From an uncultured bacterium (GTDB lineage Bacteria; Krumholzibacteriota; Krumholzibacteriia; LZORAL124-64-63): DNA of 64,000 nucleotides. Both the position numbers and the translations under genes were made by a program. The notes beneath the pieces were generated by a model. The model worked only from the letters and a program-made list of their open reading frames with translations. It was not told the DNA's origin and did not search any database. The stretch lies in the NCBI GenBank assembly GCA_963732385.1, contig CAVSZB010000003.1, forward strand, positions 433,321 to 497,320. Direction: 5' to 3'. Shown here in pieces: positions 1 through 9,896 of this stretch (position 1 is its first letter; every line of letters starts with the position of its first letter).

Positions 1-331
1 GCCAGCCCCATCTCCCGGCCCCGAGCCGTCGGCTCAGGGCGAAACCGATGGCGGCCGCGGCGCCGGTGGTCAGCGCCTTCAGGATCGCGAGACTGAGCGC
101 GCTCGGACCGACCAGCCACGAGATCGGCAGGAGCAGGAGATAGCGCGCCGGACCGTAGATCGAGAACAGGTCGCGGTAGAGCAGCCCCCCCTCGGCAAGG
201 ATCCTGGCGCCGAGCACCCAGAGCCCGTCGTCGAGCAGGTTGAAACCCTGCCGGTAGACCGCCAGACCCAGGGCCAGCGGGCCGGCGCCCGCCGCCAGCG
301 TCAGCAGGCATTCGCGGCGTTGCGGTGTCAA
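1..331 (-). CDS. 5' part of a membrane protein, ArnT/GT-C glycosyltransferase-like; runs off the window start
   Basis: TTG at 331 with GAGG upstream; reads MTPQRRECLLTLAAG...GFNLLDDGLWVLGARILAEGGLLYRDLFSIYGPARY, the D-E/D-G...G.L.Y.D....YGP pattern of GT-C family N-termini. Confidence 0.55.
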   Translation of the reverse strand, partial: MTPQRRECLLTLAAGAGPLALGLAVYRQGFNLLDDGLWVLGARILAEGGLLYRDLFSIYGPARYLLLLPISWLVGPSALSLAILKALTTGAAAAIGFALSRRLGAGRWGW

Positions 332-589
332 TTTGCGGACCTCAGGGGAGTCGAGCCCGAGCGGATGACCTGTATTGCTGCCGGACTGGAGTCTCATCCT
401 AGCAAGGCTGGAGATCGCTGTCTCTACCGGAAACTCCCCTGCCCGCGGTTTTGAGTCGGCGGTGGCGGCCGAAATGATTCTCAGGGCCCAAGTGTGTCGG
501 ACGCGCGGTCGGCTGCCCATTTCTTTGACAGCGTTATGGCTCGCTTCACGTGCTTCCCTTTGGCGATGCTTGCCCATGGATGGGGCGGC

Positions 590-1801
590 TCAACCGGCCT
601 CCTGGGGGACAAGTCCGGTCCCCGCTGCCGGCCGGCAGGTGAAACAGACGCCATCTTTTCCGCTCTGCTGGCGATAACGCGCCTGCGTGGCGGCCGCGAA
701 GTCGGCGGCCGCTCCCGCTTCCACCAGCGCGATGGCGCTTCCGCCGAAGCCCGCGCCCGTGAGCCGCGCGCCGTGGCAGGTGGGGTGGTCGCGGGCCAGA
801 CCGGTGATCAGGTCGAGCTCGGGACAGGAGCCTTCGAACAGGTCGCGCAGGCTGGCGTGTGAGGCGTCCAGCAGACGGCCGGCCTCCGCGAAGTCGCGCC
901 CGACCAGGGCGGCGGCCAGGGCTGCCGGTCGGGCCATCTCCTCCACCACATGGCGGGCGCGGCGCAGGAGGGTGTCGCCGGGGCTGCGCAGGAGGGTGTG
1001 GCCGGCGGCGAGGAGGTCGGGGGTGACGTCGCGCAGCGCGGTGATCGCGGGATCGAGAACGCGCAGGCGCCGCACCGCTTCGGCGCACGCCGCGCGCCGC
1101 TCGTTGTAGGCGCTGGCCGCGAGCCGGCGCGACACGGCGGTGTCCATGACGACGAAGGCCACCTCCTCCGGCAGCGGCACCGGGGTGCATTCCAGCGAAC
1201 GGCAGTCGAGCAGCAACGCCTGGCCGGCGCGGCCGCACGCCGAGGCGTACTGGTCCATCAGGCCGCAGGCGACGCCGACGAACCGGTTCTCCGCGCGCTG
1301 GCACAGGCGCGCCATGGCGACCGGATCCCAGGGGAGGCCGGCGGCGGCGCAGAGGGCGCGGGCCACGGCCAGTTCGAGGGCGGCGGAGGAGGCGAGACCG
1401 GCGCCCAGGGGGATGCTGCCGGCGAGGGCGAGATCGGCCCCGACAATCGGGAGGCCGGCCTCGCGCAGGGCCCACGCCGTGCCGGCCACGTAGGCGAACC
1501 AGTCGCCGCGGTGCGTGGCGTCGGGCGGCGGGAGGACGAGGTCGGACAGGCGGGTCTCGCGCGTCTCGGCGAAGGCGGCGGCGTGGGCGCGCAGGGTGCC
1601 GTCGGCGCGGGGGGCGACGGCGACGGCGACGTGGCGGTCGATCGCCATCGGGAGCACCTGGCCGTCCTGGTGGTCGACGTGCTCGCCGATCAGGTTGACG
1701 CGGGCGGGGGAGAGGACGATCGCCGCGGGGGCTGCGGCGGGGCTGAAGGTGACGGCGAAGGCCCGGCGGACCGCCGAAATGAGTGATTGGGGCCGGGACA
1801 T
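590..1801 (-). CDS. galK: galactokinase
   Basis: PARVNLIGEHVDH signature, IPLGAGLASSAA GHMP motif, CGLMDQ, GARLTGAGFGG; ATG at 1801 with GGAGG. Confidence 0.93.
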   Translation of the reverse strand: MSRPQSLISAVRRAFAVTFSPAAAPAAIVLSPARVNLIGEHVDHQDGQVLPMAIDRHVAVAVAPRADGTLRAHAAAFAETRETRLSDLVLPPPDATHRGDWFAYVAGTAWALREAGLPIVGADLALAGSIPLGAGLASSAALELAVARALCAAAGLPWDPVAMARLCQRAENRFVGVACGLMDQYASACGRAGQALLLDCRSLECTPVPLPEEVAFVVMDTAVSRRLAASAYNERRAACAEAVRRLRVLDPAITALRDVTPDLLAAGHTLLRSPGDTLLRRARHVVEEMARPAALAAALVGRDFAEAGRLLDASHASLRDLFEGSCPELDLITGLARDHPTCHGARLTGAGFGGSAIALVEAGAAADFAAATQARYRQQSGKDGVCFTCRPAAGTGLVPQEAG

Positions 1802-2003
1802 GGGCAACCTCCCGCGGGCGGACGCGCCGCCGGCGGGGGATGATGGGACCGGGCGATGGCGGTTGTCCAGCCCGGGGAGTAGCAAAAGAGGAGTTTTCGC
1901 ATGAATTGTCATGTTATGATCAAGTGGTCTCAACTGCCACGACGAGGCGGCTGGGGCCATGGGGAGGGGCACAACGGGGGGATTGCTTTCGGAGGGGAGT
2001 TCC

Positions 2004-5000
2004 ATGGGAATCGGTTGCGGATTTAGACGTTTGCTGGCCGCGGTTTCGTGCGTTCTGATCGGTTCCGGAACCGCGGCGGCAACGGCGCCAACCTACGTCG
2101 AGAACTTCTCCACGACGGATTATCGGGACCCGGCCCAGACCACGGCGTTATGGAATACCGCTGCCGGTGAACTGCGGCTGCATCCTTTCCAGATGTCCCT
2201 GCTCGATGCCTTCGACACCGGCACCGCCATGGATCTGGCCGTCGCCGGTCAGAGAATCTACGTCGCCGATTACACCAACGGCCTCTGCGTCCTGGATCTT
2301 TCGTGGTCCGCGTCGCTCAATCAGATCGGCCGGTACGATACTCCCGGCAATCCCTACGGGGTATTCGTGGCCGGGGACGTGGCCTATGTGGCCGACTACG
2401 CAGCCGGCCTGATCGTGATCGATATCAGTAATCCCAGCGCACCCAGCCTCCTGGGCAGTTACAACACCGCGGGCTATGCCCAGGGCGTGGTCGTGGCCGG
2501 GAATTACGCCTTCGTGGCCGACGGCCCCGCGGGGGTGGCCGTGATAAACGTCAGCAACCCCGCGAGTCCGACCTACGCCGGCGGGCTGGACACTCCCAGT
2601 ACCGCCGTCCACCTGGCGCTGTCGGGAAACCTTCTCTTCGTGGCCGACGGAACGTCAGGTGTCCAGGTCATGGATGTCACGGTTCCCGGCTCGCCTTCCC
2701 TGGTCGGTTCCTACAACACACCCGGCACGGCGCGCGGGGTGGCGGCCGATGGCGACTGGCTCTACGTGGCCGACTACAATAACGGTCTGGTCATCCTGGA
2801 CATCGCCAATCCCGCCGTGCCGACCCTGCTCGGCACCCTCGACACATCGGGCTATGCCAACCGGGTGTTCGTGTCCGGGAATATGGCCTACCTGGCCGAT
2901 CACAACAGCGGACTGCTCGCGATCGACGTCACCGACCGGGCCCATCCCGTGCTGGTGGAAGCCTTCGATACCCCGGGCGCGGCCTATTCCCTGGTCCTGG
3001 CCGACGAGCGCGCCTTCGTGGCCGACGGCACCTCCGGCGTGCAGATCGTCGACGTCCAGGATCTGGGAACTCCCCTGATCACGGGCGTGGGATCCTCCGC
3101 GCTCAGCTCAGCCGTTGGCGTTGCGGTCCATGGTGATTTTGCCTTCGTGGCTGATGGACCGGGCGGAATGTCCGTCTATGACATCAGCGACCTGTCCTCG
3201 CCGCAATTCGTCGCGAACTATCCCGCCGTCGGCGGCGCGTCGGCGGTGGTCACGGACGGGAACCATGCCTTCCTCGCCTGCGGATCCGACGGGCTGCATG
3301 TTTTCGACATCACGATTCCGGCTTCGCCGGTCCGCGTGGGCGGGTACGACACGCCCGGCAGCACGCTCGATGTGGTGGTCGACGGAGACTACGTCTATCT
3401 GGCGGACGGCCTGAACGGGGTGGGCGTTCTGAATATCAGCAATCCCGCCAGCCCTGCCTATGTGGGATGGTACCAGACGAACGGCCTCGCCAGCGGACTG
3501 GCCCTGGCCGGGGATCGTCTCTTCGTGGCCGACAGCGGGAACGGAATCTGCGCACTGGATATCAGCAATCCGGCCTCATTGACTCTTGTGGGGACCCGTG
3601 CGGAGGCCGCCCGCCGTCTGGCCATCCACGGGGATCTTCTCTTTGTCGCGACGGACAACAATTTCCTGAACATTTTCGACATCAACGATCCCGCAAACAT
3701 TTACATCTGGAACCCCTATTACGGCGAGAACTACACGCAGATCCGGGATATCACGATCGAAGGGGACTACGCTTTCCTCAGCGACGCGTCCACCGGTCTC
3801 CATGTTCTGGATATTTCCGACCCCAGCCGCTCCCTGGTTCCCGTGGGGTGGTGTGATCTGCCGCACCCCGGGCGCGTCTTGATCCGCGGCGCCCACGCCT
3901 TCGTTCCGAACCGCGACCTGGGCCTGGCGGTCGCGGAGGTCTTCTTCCGGGATTTCGACCTGACGAGGAACCGGGCCCAGTCCCTGACGCTGAACCCGGA
4001 GGGGCTGGAGATCGTTCGCGGCCGGTTGCAGAGCGCCCAGACCGACAGCCTGACCTGGCAGTTGACGGCCGACGGGGGCGTCCACTGGGTGGATCTGGCC
4101 CCGGGCGAGACAGGGATCGCCTTCGCTTCTCCGGGATCGGATCTCCGCTGGAGCGCGGAACTCTTTCTCGATCAGCCCCAGGTCAGCCCCGCGGTTTCCC
4201 GGCTGCAGGTGGACTGGTTCTATGCGGTTCCCTTCATCGTCGCAGTCACCGACATCCCGAACGACCAGGGCCGGCAGGTCCGGGTGGAGTGGAGCCGCAG
4301 CGGTCACGATTTTCTGGGCGATCCGTCCCAGATCGTCGAGTACGCGGTCTACCGGAAGATCGCCGATCCGGCCAAGGCGACCGGCCCGGATCTGCCCGCG
4401 GCGCTGAGCGACGTGGCGCGTGAGTCCGCGCTGGCCATGGCCGCCGCCGGCTGGGATTTCGTGGCCAGCGTGCCGGTCCGCGTGCAGGACAGCTACGCGG
4501 TCGTCGTGCCCACCCTGGGGGACTCGACCCTCACCGACGGCCAGTTCTTCAGCACCTTCCTGGTCAGCGCGCTGACCGCTACCCCGGGCGTGTTCTTCGA
4601 TTCCCCGCCAGACAGCGGCTACTCCCTGGACAACCTCGCGCCCTCGGTGCCGGGCGGCTTCCTGGTGGACTACGCGCTGGCGGGCAACAGTCTCTCGTGG
4701 CTGGAAATCCCCGACCTGGACTTCCGCTGCTTCCGCGTCTACCGCGGCACGACGACCGACTTCGTGCCCGGCCCCGACAATCTGGTGCACCTGACGATCG
4801 GCACCGGCTGGGTCGACCCCGTGGCCGACCCGTGGCGCTATCGTTACCAGTTGAGCGCGGTGGATTTCGCGGGCAACGAAAGCCCCCTGGCCCTGCCCGC
4901 CGCGGTGACGGGGATCGACGACGGCGCCGCGCCCACGCCCTTCGCCCTGAGCGCGAACGCGCCCAACCCGTTCAACCCGTTGACGACGATCGCGTTCGTG

Positions 5001-5213
5001 CTGCCCCGCGCCGAGCGGGTCAGGCTGGGCATCTTCGATCTGACGGGGCGCGTCGTGCGTGTCCTCGTCGACGAAGTGCGGCCGGCCGGCAGCCATGAGG
5101 TCCAGTGGAACGGGACGGACCATCGCGGCCAGCCGATGGCCTCGGGGGTGTACGTCTGCCGGATGGAGGCGGGCCCGTTCCGCGAGACGAGGCGGATGAC
5201 GCTGGTGAAGTGA
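2004..5213 (+). CDS. large secreted LVIVD-repeat (beta-propeller) protein with C-terminal FlgD-Ig/T9SS-like sorting domain
   Basis: signal peptide; many repeats of G.Y.TPG.A..V.V.G..A(Y/F)VAD...GL.V.DISNP; C-terminal NAPNPFNPLTTI...WNGTD..G...ASGVY. Confidence 0.85.
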   Translation: MGIGCGFRRLLAAVSCVLIGSGTAAATAPTYVENFSTTDYRDPAQTTALWNTAAGELRLHPFQMSLLDAFDTGTAMDLAVAGQRIYVADYTNGLCVLDLSWSASLNQIGRYDTPGNPYGVFVAGDVAYVADYAAGLIVIDISNPSAPSLLGSYNTAGYAQGVVVAGNYAFVADGPAGVAVINVSNPASPTYAGGLDTPSTAVHLALSGNLLFVADGTSGVQVMDVTVPGSPSLVGSYNTPGTARGVAADGDWLYVADYNNGLVILDIANPAVPTLLGTLDTSGYANRVFVSGNMAYLADHNSGLLAIDVTDRAHPVLVEAFDTPGAAYSLVLADERAFVADGTSGVQIVDVQDLGTPLITGVGSSALSSAVGVAVHGDFAFVADGPGGMSVYDISDLSSPQFVANYPAVGGASAVVTDGNHAFLACGSDGLHVFDITIPASPVRVGGYDTPGSTLDVVVDGDYVYLADGLNGVGVLNISNPASPAYVGWYQTNGLASGLALAGDRLFVADSGNGICALDISNPASLTLVGTRAEAARRLAIHGDLLFVATDNNFLNIFDINDPANIYIWNPYYGENYTQIRDITIEGDYAFLSDASTGLHVLDISDPSRSLVPVGWCDLPHPGRVLIRGAHAFVPNRDLGLAVAEVFFRDFDLTRNRAQSLTLNPEGLEIVRGRLQSAQTDSLTWQLTADGGVHWVDLAPGETGIAFASPGSDLRWSAELFLDQPQVSPAVSRLQVDWFYAVPFIVAVTDIPNDQGRQVRVEWSRSGHDFLGDPSQIVEYAVYRKIADPAKATGPDLPAALSDVARESALAMAAAGWDFVASVPVRVQDSYAVVVPTLGDSTLTDGQFFSTFLVSALTATPGVFFDSPPDSGYSLDNLAPSVPGGFLVDYALAGNSLSWLEIPDLDFRCFRVYRGTTTDFVPGPDNLVHLTIGTGWVDPVADPWRYRYQLSAVDFAGNESPLALPAAVTGIDDGAAPTPFALSANAPNPFNPLTTIAFVLPRAERVRLGIFDLTGRVVRVLVDEVRPAGSHEVQWNGTDHRGQPMASGVYVCRMEAGPFRETRRMTLVK

Positions 5214-5404
5214 CTCTATATCCGCGGCTGTTTCGGCAGCAGGAGCGGGCGGCCGGAGCGAAGTCCGGCGGGGGAATGCGGGGCTGCCACATCCGCGCTT
5301 CCCCCGGAGCCGGCGCCGGGGCGAGCGGCACTTTTCTTGACACCCCCCCCGTCACCCCTTTCTTTGTCCCCCCTCCGGTCCCATACTGTCCGCGAGGAGT
5401 TGTC

Positions 5405-5869
5405 TTGCTCTGGACCTTGCCGACCAGCTATTGGCCCACTTCGGGCGCGGCCGAGGGGATCACGCCGCTGAACGCGTTCGACAACGCGCTTCTGCGGGCT
5501 GGCATCGGCAACCTGAACCTGGTTAAACTGAGCAGTGTGCTGCCGGCGGGGGCCGTCCGGCTGGCGGAGGCGCCGGCCATCGCGGCCGGCTCGCTGGTGC
5601 CGACCGTCTACACGACGAAGACCGGGACGAAGCCGGGAGAGGTCGTGGCGGCGGCGGTCGGGATCGGGCGCCAGCGCGAGGGTCACGGCATGATCTACGA
5701 GTGCACGGGCACTTCGCGGGCGGCCGTGGAGAGCCAGGTGCGCCGCATGGTGGAAGAGAGCTTCGCGCAGCGGGGGTACGAGCTGCACGACTTCCTCGTG
5801 GCCTCGGCAGAGCACCGGGTCGAGAGCGTCGGCTGCGCTCTGGCCGCGGTCGTTCTGTGGTGGGGGTGA
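5405..5869 (+). CDS. pdaD: pyruvoyl-dependent arginine decarboxylase
   Basis: LNAFDNALLRAGIGNLNLVKLSSVLP with the Ser-Ser self-cleavage site; TTG start after GAGGAG. Confidence 0.88.
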   Translation: MLWTLPTSYWPTSGAAEGITPLNAFDNALLRAGIGNLNLVKLSSVLPAGAVRLAEAPAIAAGSLVPTVYTTKTGTKPGEVVAAAVGIGRQREGHGMIYECTGTSRAAVESQVRRMVEESFAQRGYELHDFLVASAEHRVESVGCALAAVVLWWG

Positions 5870-5872
5870 GAA

Positions 5873-6304
5873 TTGGAAAGCATAGGCCGTCATCTCATTC
5901 TGGAGCTGTGGGGTTGTGACTTCGGCCTCCTCAACTCCGTGCCCGGCATCGAAAATGCCATGCGCGAAACCATCGACGCGAGCGGCTCGCGCTGCATCGA
6001 CCTGAAGGTGGTTCCGTTCACGCCGCAGGGCATCACGGGCATCGCTGTCCTGGCCGAGTCCCACCTGGTCATCCACACGTGGCCGGAGCGCGGCTATGCC
6101 GGCGCCGAGCTGTTCGTATGCAGTTCGCTCGTCGACCTCGACAAGGCCACCGAGGTGCTGCAGCGCCACTTCCAGCCGGCGCACATCGGGGTCATGCAGC
6201 TCAACCGCGGCGTGATGCCGATCGGCGGCCCGGCCGCCCTGCAAGGAGTCGCCGCATGCGCGAGTTCGCCGAGCCCTTCCGACACGGCTGGCGGCAAGCG
6301 GTAG
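5873..6304 (+). CDS. speD: S-adenosylmethionine decarboxylase proenzyme
   Basis: GRHLILELWGC; F.PQGITG...LAESH..IHTWPE.GYA cleavage motif; TTG start. Confidence 0.9.
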   Translation: MESIGRHLILELWGCDFGLLNSVPGIENAMRETIDASGSRCIDLKVVPFTPQGITGIAVLAESHLVIHTWPERGYAGAELFVCSSLVDLDKATEVLQRHFQPAHIGVMQLNRGVMPIGGPAALQGVAACASSPSPSDTAGGKR

Positions 6305-7146
6305 AGGTCCGGGCGACCCTCGTCGACATCCAGAGCCCCTTCCAGCGGATCCAGGTCGTGGACACGGTTCCGTTCGGCCGGATGCTGGTGCTCGACGACG
6401 CCGCGCAGACCGCCGAGACCGAAGAGTACGTGTACCACGAGATGCTGGTGCACGTGCCGATGCTGGCCCATCCCGACCCGCGCCGTGTCCTGATCATCGG
6501 CGGCGGCGATGGCGGCGCGTTGCGGCGCGTGCTTGCGCATCCGGTGACGCTGGCGCGCCAGGTCGAGATCGACGGCGAAGTGGTCCGGGTGAGCCGCGAG
6601 CTGCTGCCCTCCATTTCGGCCGGCGCCTACGACGACCCGCGCGCCGACGCGGTGATCGGCGACGGCGTGGCCCACCTGCGCGACACTGCCGAGCGCTACG
6701 ACGTCCTGCTCATCGACAGCACCGATCCGGTCGGTCCGGCCGTGGAACTGTTCGGCGATGCGTTCTATCGCGAGGCGCGGCGGGCGCTCGGCGGCACGGG
6801 GCTGCTGGTCACGCAGAGCGGCTCGCCGCTGGTCATGCTGGACGAATTGAAGGCGGCGCGCGCACTGCTGGCGCGCCACTTCCCGATCGTGCGGACCTAC
6901 GTGTGCAGCATTCCGGCCTATCCGGGCGTGCTGTGGAGCTTCACCGCCGCGTCGGAAGCGATCGATCCCGCACGGATCGACCAGGCTGCCGCGCGGAGTC
7001 GGCTGCGCGCGCTCGGCGCGCCCACCGGCTACTACACGCCCGCGGTGCACGCGGCGGCGTTCGCGTTGCCCAACTTCCTGCGCGCAGCCCTGGAGATGGA
7101 CGATGACGGTGATCCTCCCGCCCTCCCCCCGCCCGTTTCTGGCTAG
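6256..7146 (+). CDS. speE: polyamine aminopropyltransferase (spermidine synthase family)
   Basis: YHEMLVH, VLIIGGGDGG, VEID, IDSTDPVGP; ATG at 6256 with AAGGAG; overlaps speD. Confidence 0.92.
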   Translation: MREFAEPFRHGWRQAVEVRATLVDIQSPFQRIQVVDTVPFGRMLVLDDAAQTAETEEYVYHEMLVHVPMLAHPDPRRVLIIGGGDGGALRRVLAHPVTLARQVEIDGEVVRVSRELLPSISAGAYDDPRADAVIGDGVAHLRDTAERYDVLLIDSTDPVGPAVELFGDAFYREARRALGGTGLLVTQSGSPLVMLDELKAARALLARHFPIVRTYVCSIPAYPGVLWSFTAASEAIDPARIDQAAARSRLRALGAPTGYYTPAVHAAAFALPNFLRAALEMDDDGDPPALPPPVSG

Positions 7147-7957
7147 CCGTCCCGGCGGGCGGGGACGGGTGACGCTGCTGGGCGCGCCGCTCGACCGCAC
7201 CGGCTCGTTCCGGCCCGGCGCTGCGGGGGGTCCGGCCGGCATCCGCTGGGCGTCGGACAACCTCGAAACGTACAGCCCCGACCTCGATCGCGACCTGACG
7301 GAGCTCGACTTTGCCGATGCCGGCGATCTCGATCTCGGCGCGCTCGACCAGCCGGCGGCACTGGCGGCGATCGCCGCGGCGACCGGCGAGCTGCTCGCCG
7401 GCGGTGCCCTCCCGGTGGTGCTGGGGGGCGAACACACGGTGGCGCTCGGCGTGGCGCGCGCGGTGCTGCGGCGGCACCCGGACGCGATGGTCGTCCACCT
7501 CGACGCGCACGCCGACCTGCGCGACGACTACCTCGGCGAGCGGCTGTCGCACGCGACCTGGGCCTGCCGACTGGGCGAGGAATTCGGTTTCGACCGTCTG
7601 CTGCAGTTCGGTATCCGCTCGGGTTTGCGGGAGGAGTTCGCGCGGGCGCGGGAGAGTTGCGGGCACTTCGACCGCGAGGTCGTCCTGACCGAGGCGGCGC
7701 GCGGGCTGTTGGCGGATCGGCCGGTCCACCTGACGCTCGACGTGGACGTGCTCGACCCCGCCTTCCTCGCGGGGACCGGCACGCCCGAGGCGGGGGGATG
7801 CACCTGGCGTGAACTGACGGCGTTTTTGGCCGCTTTGGGCGGGACGCGGATCGTGGCGATCGACATTTGCGAACTGGCGCCCGCGCTCGATCCCAGCGGC
7901 GCCAGCAGCGCCGTCGCGGCGAAGCTCGTTCGCGAACTGGCGCTGCGGTTCGGCTGA
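7103..7957 (+). CDS. speB: agmatinase / ureohydrolase
   Basis: GGEHT, DAHADLRD, SHAT, DVDVLDP, GTGTPEAGG, ELAP arginase-family motifs. Confidence 0.92.
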   Translation: MTVILPPSPRPFLASRPGGRGRVTLLGAPLDRTGSFRPGAAGGPAGIRWASDNLETYSPDLDRDLTELDFADAGDLDLGALDQPAALAAIAAATGELLAGGALPVVLGGEHTVALGVARAVLRRHPDAMVVHLDAHADLRDDYLGERLSHATWACRLGEEFGFDRLLQFGIRSGLREEFARARESCGHFDREVVLTEAARGLLADRPVHLTLDVDVLDPAFLAGTGTPEAGGCTWRELTAFLAALGGTRIVAIDICELAPALDPSGASSAVAAKLVRELALRFG

Positions 7958-7981
7958 GCGGCGCGCCCGCGGCCCGCCGCG

Positions 7982-8344
7982 CTACTTTTTCGCCACGAGC
8001 AGGTCAGGCATCTGGCCCGGCGTGGTTTTGACGCCCGGTTCGGCGGTCTTGCGCGTGATCTCGGCGTTGGCGGTCTTGTCGGCCCGCTCGGTCACCGCCG
8101 GGCCGTGCGGTTTGTCCTGGTTGCTCAGGCTCTCTTCGAGCAGGGCCTGACCCGCCGCCGAGATCTCAAGGGAATCGTTGCCCCGGGCGAGCCGCATTTC
8201 CGCTGTTTTCTGATATTTCTGTACATAGCCTTCCTGCTGGCGGGCCGCGAGCGGGTTCGAGGGCCCGGCCTGTTTCTTCTCTTCCGGGGCGGCGGGGCTG
8301 GACGGGGGTCGGGCCAGAGGGGTCAGTGCGGCATCGATCTTCAT
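7982..8344 (-). CDS. small hydrophilic hypothetical protein with D-x-(L/V)-x-I-S motif (FlgM-like)
   Basis: ATG at 8344 preceded by GGAGG; 120 aa; DSLEISAAGQAL; sigma28-type promoter upstream. Confidence 0.6.
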   Translation of the reverse strand: MKIDAALTPLARPPSSPAAPEEKKQAGPSNPLAARQQEGYVQKYQKTAEMRLARGNDSLEISAAGQALLEESLSNQDKPHGPAVTERADKTANAEITRKTAEPGVKTTPGQMPDLLVAKK

Positions 8345-8404
8345 GATGTCTGCCTCCCTGCTGCCCGGGTCAGCCCCGGGCAAGTTTTCCGGTATGCCCC
8401 CTAT

Positions 8405-8432
8405 TTATCGGCAGGGTAAGCCAAAACCTTTA
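8405..8432 (-). promoter_or_regulatory. sigma28 (FliA/SigD)-type promoter
   Basis: minus strand TAAA-N16-GCCGATAA with an exact -10 box, 60 nt upstream of the 8344 ATG. Confidence 0.7.
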
Positions 8433-8442
8433 GCGCCATAAA

Positions 8443-9051
8443 TCACTTAAAACACCCCAAAGGCAAATCAAGTAGCCTGAGGTCAAAATTCCACGGGTCA
8501 TCCTTACGACCCGGAGAGATCCGTGCGTGGGTGACAACGTAGCGAAGCGGGTAAAGACGGCCCATCCGCGCCAGCAGGGCGTTCAGGCCGGCATATTGCG
8601 CCGGCGTCAGGCTGTCGGTCCTGGTGGTCATCATTTCGATGCCGAGGGAGAACCCGTTGACCCCGGTGCGCCCGTCGGACATCCGGCTGCGGCCGGCGTG
8701 CCAGGCGACGTCGCGGTCACGCACCGTCCGCCAGACCGTGCCGGCGCGATCGATGACGTAATGCGGGGCCACCCCGTACTGGCGGTACTCCGCGAGCAGG
8801 CCGTCGAGGTCGTACGGATCGGGACCGAGCGCGTCGTAGGACGAATGGATGACCACGGTGTCGATCGCGCGCGGTGCGGCGTGCGGCGCGTGGCCGAAGT
8901 CGACCAGGCGGTCGTGGATGACAAGAGAGTCGGGGGGGGCGGTGGCGGCGTCCGGCGGCGCCGGGGCGGCGGGCACGAGTGTCGCCAACAAACCGAGGGC
9001 CGCGACGGCCAGCCCGAAGATCGCGCGGAGAGACCGGGGGCAGGATGGCAT
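8443..9051 (-). CDS. N-acetylmuramoyl-L-alanine amidase (Amidase_2/AmpD-like), exported
   Basis: signal peptide; VVIHSS, HYVIDRAG, AWHAGRS, N.FSLGIE, HARISPGRKDDP. Confidence 0.88.
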   Translation of the reverse strand: MPSCPRSLRAIFGLAVAALGLLATLVPAAPAPPDAATAPPDSLVIHDRLVDFGHAPHAAPRAIDTVVIHSSYDALGPDPYDLDGLLAEYRQYGVAPHYVIDRAGTVWRTVRDRDVAWHAGRSRMSDGRTGVNGFSLGIEMMTTRTDSLTPAQYAGLNALLARMGRLYPLRYVVTHARISPGRKDDPWNFDLRLLDLPLGCFK

Positions 9052-9128
9052 GACCGACTCTCCCTGTCCGAGCCCCTTGTTCACGTGGCGAAAGACGCGG
9101 ACCAGGTTCCGCCGGCGGGCGATCTGCG

Positions 9129-9896
9129 TCACCCCGGATCGTCCTCCCCCAATAACCCCGCAATCCGCGTCCTGATCTTCTCCACGTGCGTTCCTGGCCA
9201 GTACAGGTGGTCGCAGTCGGAGCAGAGGAAGTAATTGTCGCACCAGGAGCGGGTGCGCAGGGGGACGCGTACGGCGATAGCGGACTTCGGCACCGGGCGC
9301 AGTTCGCCGTTGCAGAGGTTGCAGCGGGAGAAGGGGCGCCCGCGCCCGATCAGGTCGAAGCGCTCGATCACCTCGCACGCCTGCGCATCGACCGCGCGGG
9401 AGCGCACCAGGCGGCCGACCTCGATCGCGCGGCGCTTGAGCAGGGCGCGGCTGCAGGTCAGGACGGCGCGGTGGTCGCGTGTGGCGTTGCGCGCGATCTC
9501 CGTCTCGCCCCAGTCGTTGCTGTAGAGGGTATCAAAGCCGAGCAGCCGCAGCAGGCGCGCGAGGCGGCCGAGGTGCTGGTCGCAGACGAAACGATCGCGG
9601 GCGAGAGGCCGCTGTTGCAGGCGGGCCTCGGGCCAGGGTGGCGCAACGGCCGGTGCGCGGCCGGAGCGCGGGACGGGATGCACCTCGAAACGGTCGGCAT
9701 CGCGCACACGGTGGCCGAAACCGACCGGCAGACCGCCGAGCAGCAGGAGGTCGATCTCGGTATGGGGGATGCCGAGATTCTCGATCGCGTCCTTCACCGT
9801 GGTCGGTTCCGGCAGGCCCACCACATGGTGACGCAGGCCGGGCGCGCCGGTCAGCGAGGCCAGATCGCCATGGAGGCAAAAGGAGATCGCGAGCAT
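9129..9896 (-). CDS. Mut7-C RNase domain protein with N-terminal ubiquitin-like domain
   Basis: VKDAIENLGIPHTEID; RFVCDQHLGRLARLLRLLGFDT; C-terminal zinc ribbon CNLCN...CSDC..LYWPGTH. Confidence 0.88.
   Translation of the reverse strand: MLAISFCLHGDLASLTGAPGLRHHVVGLPEPTTVKDAIENLGIPHTEIDLLLLGGLPVGFGHRVRDADRFEVHPVPRSGRAPAVAPPWPEARLQQRPLARDRFVCDQHLGRLARLLRLLGFDTLYSNDWGETEIARNATRDHRAVLTCSRALLKRRAIEVGRLVRSRAVDAQACEVIERFDLIGRGRPFSRCNLCNGELRPVPKSAIAVRVPLRTRSWCDNYFLCSDCDHLYWPGTHVEKIRTRIAGLLGEDDPG

Noticed and set aside
2200..3950. CRISPR-like or DNA tandem repeat
   Set aside because: Periodicity is at protein level (LVIVD repeats); the DNA copies are diverged and in frame
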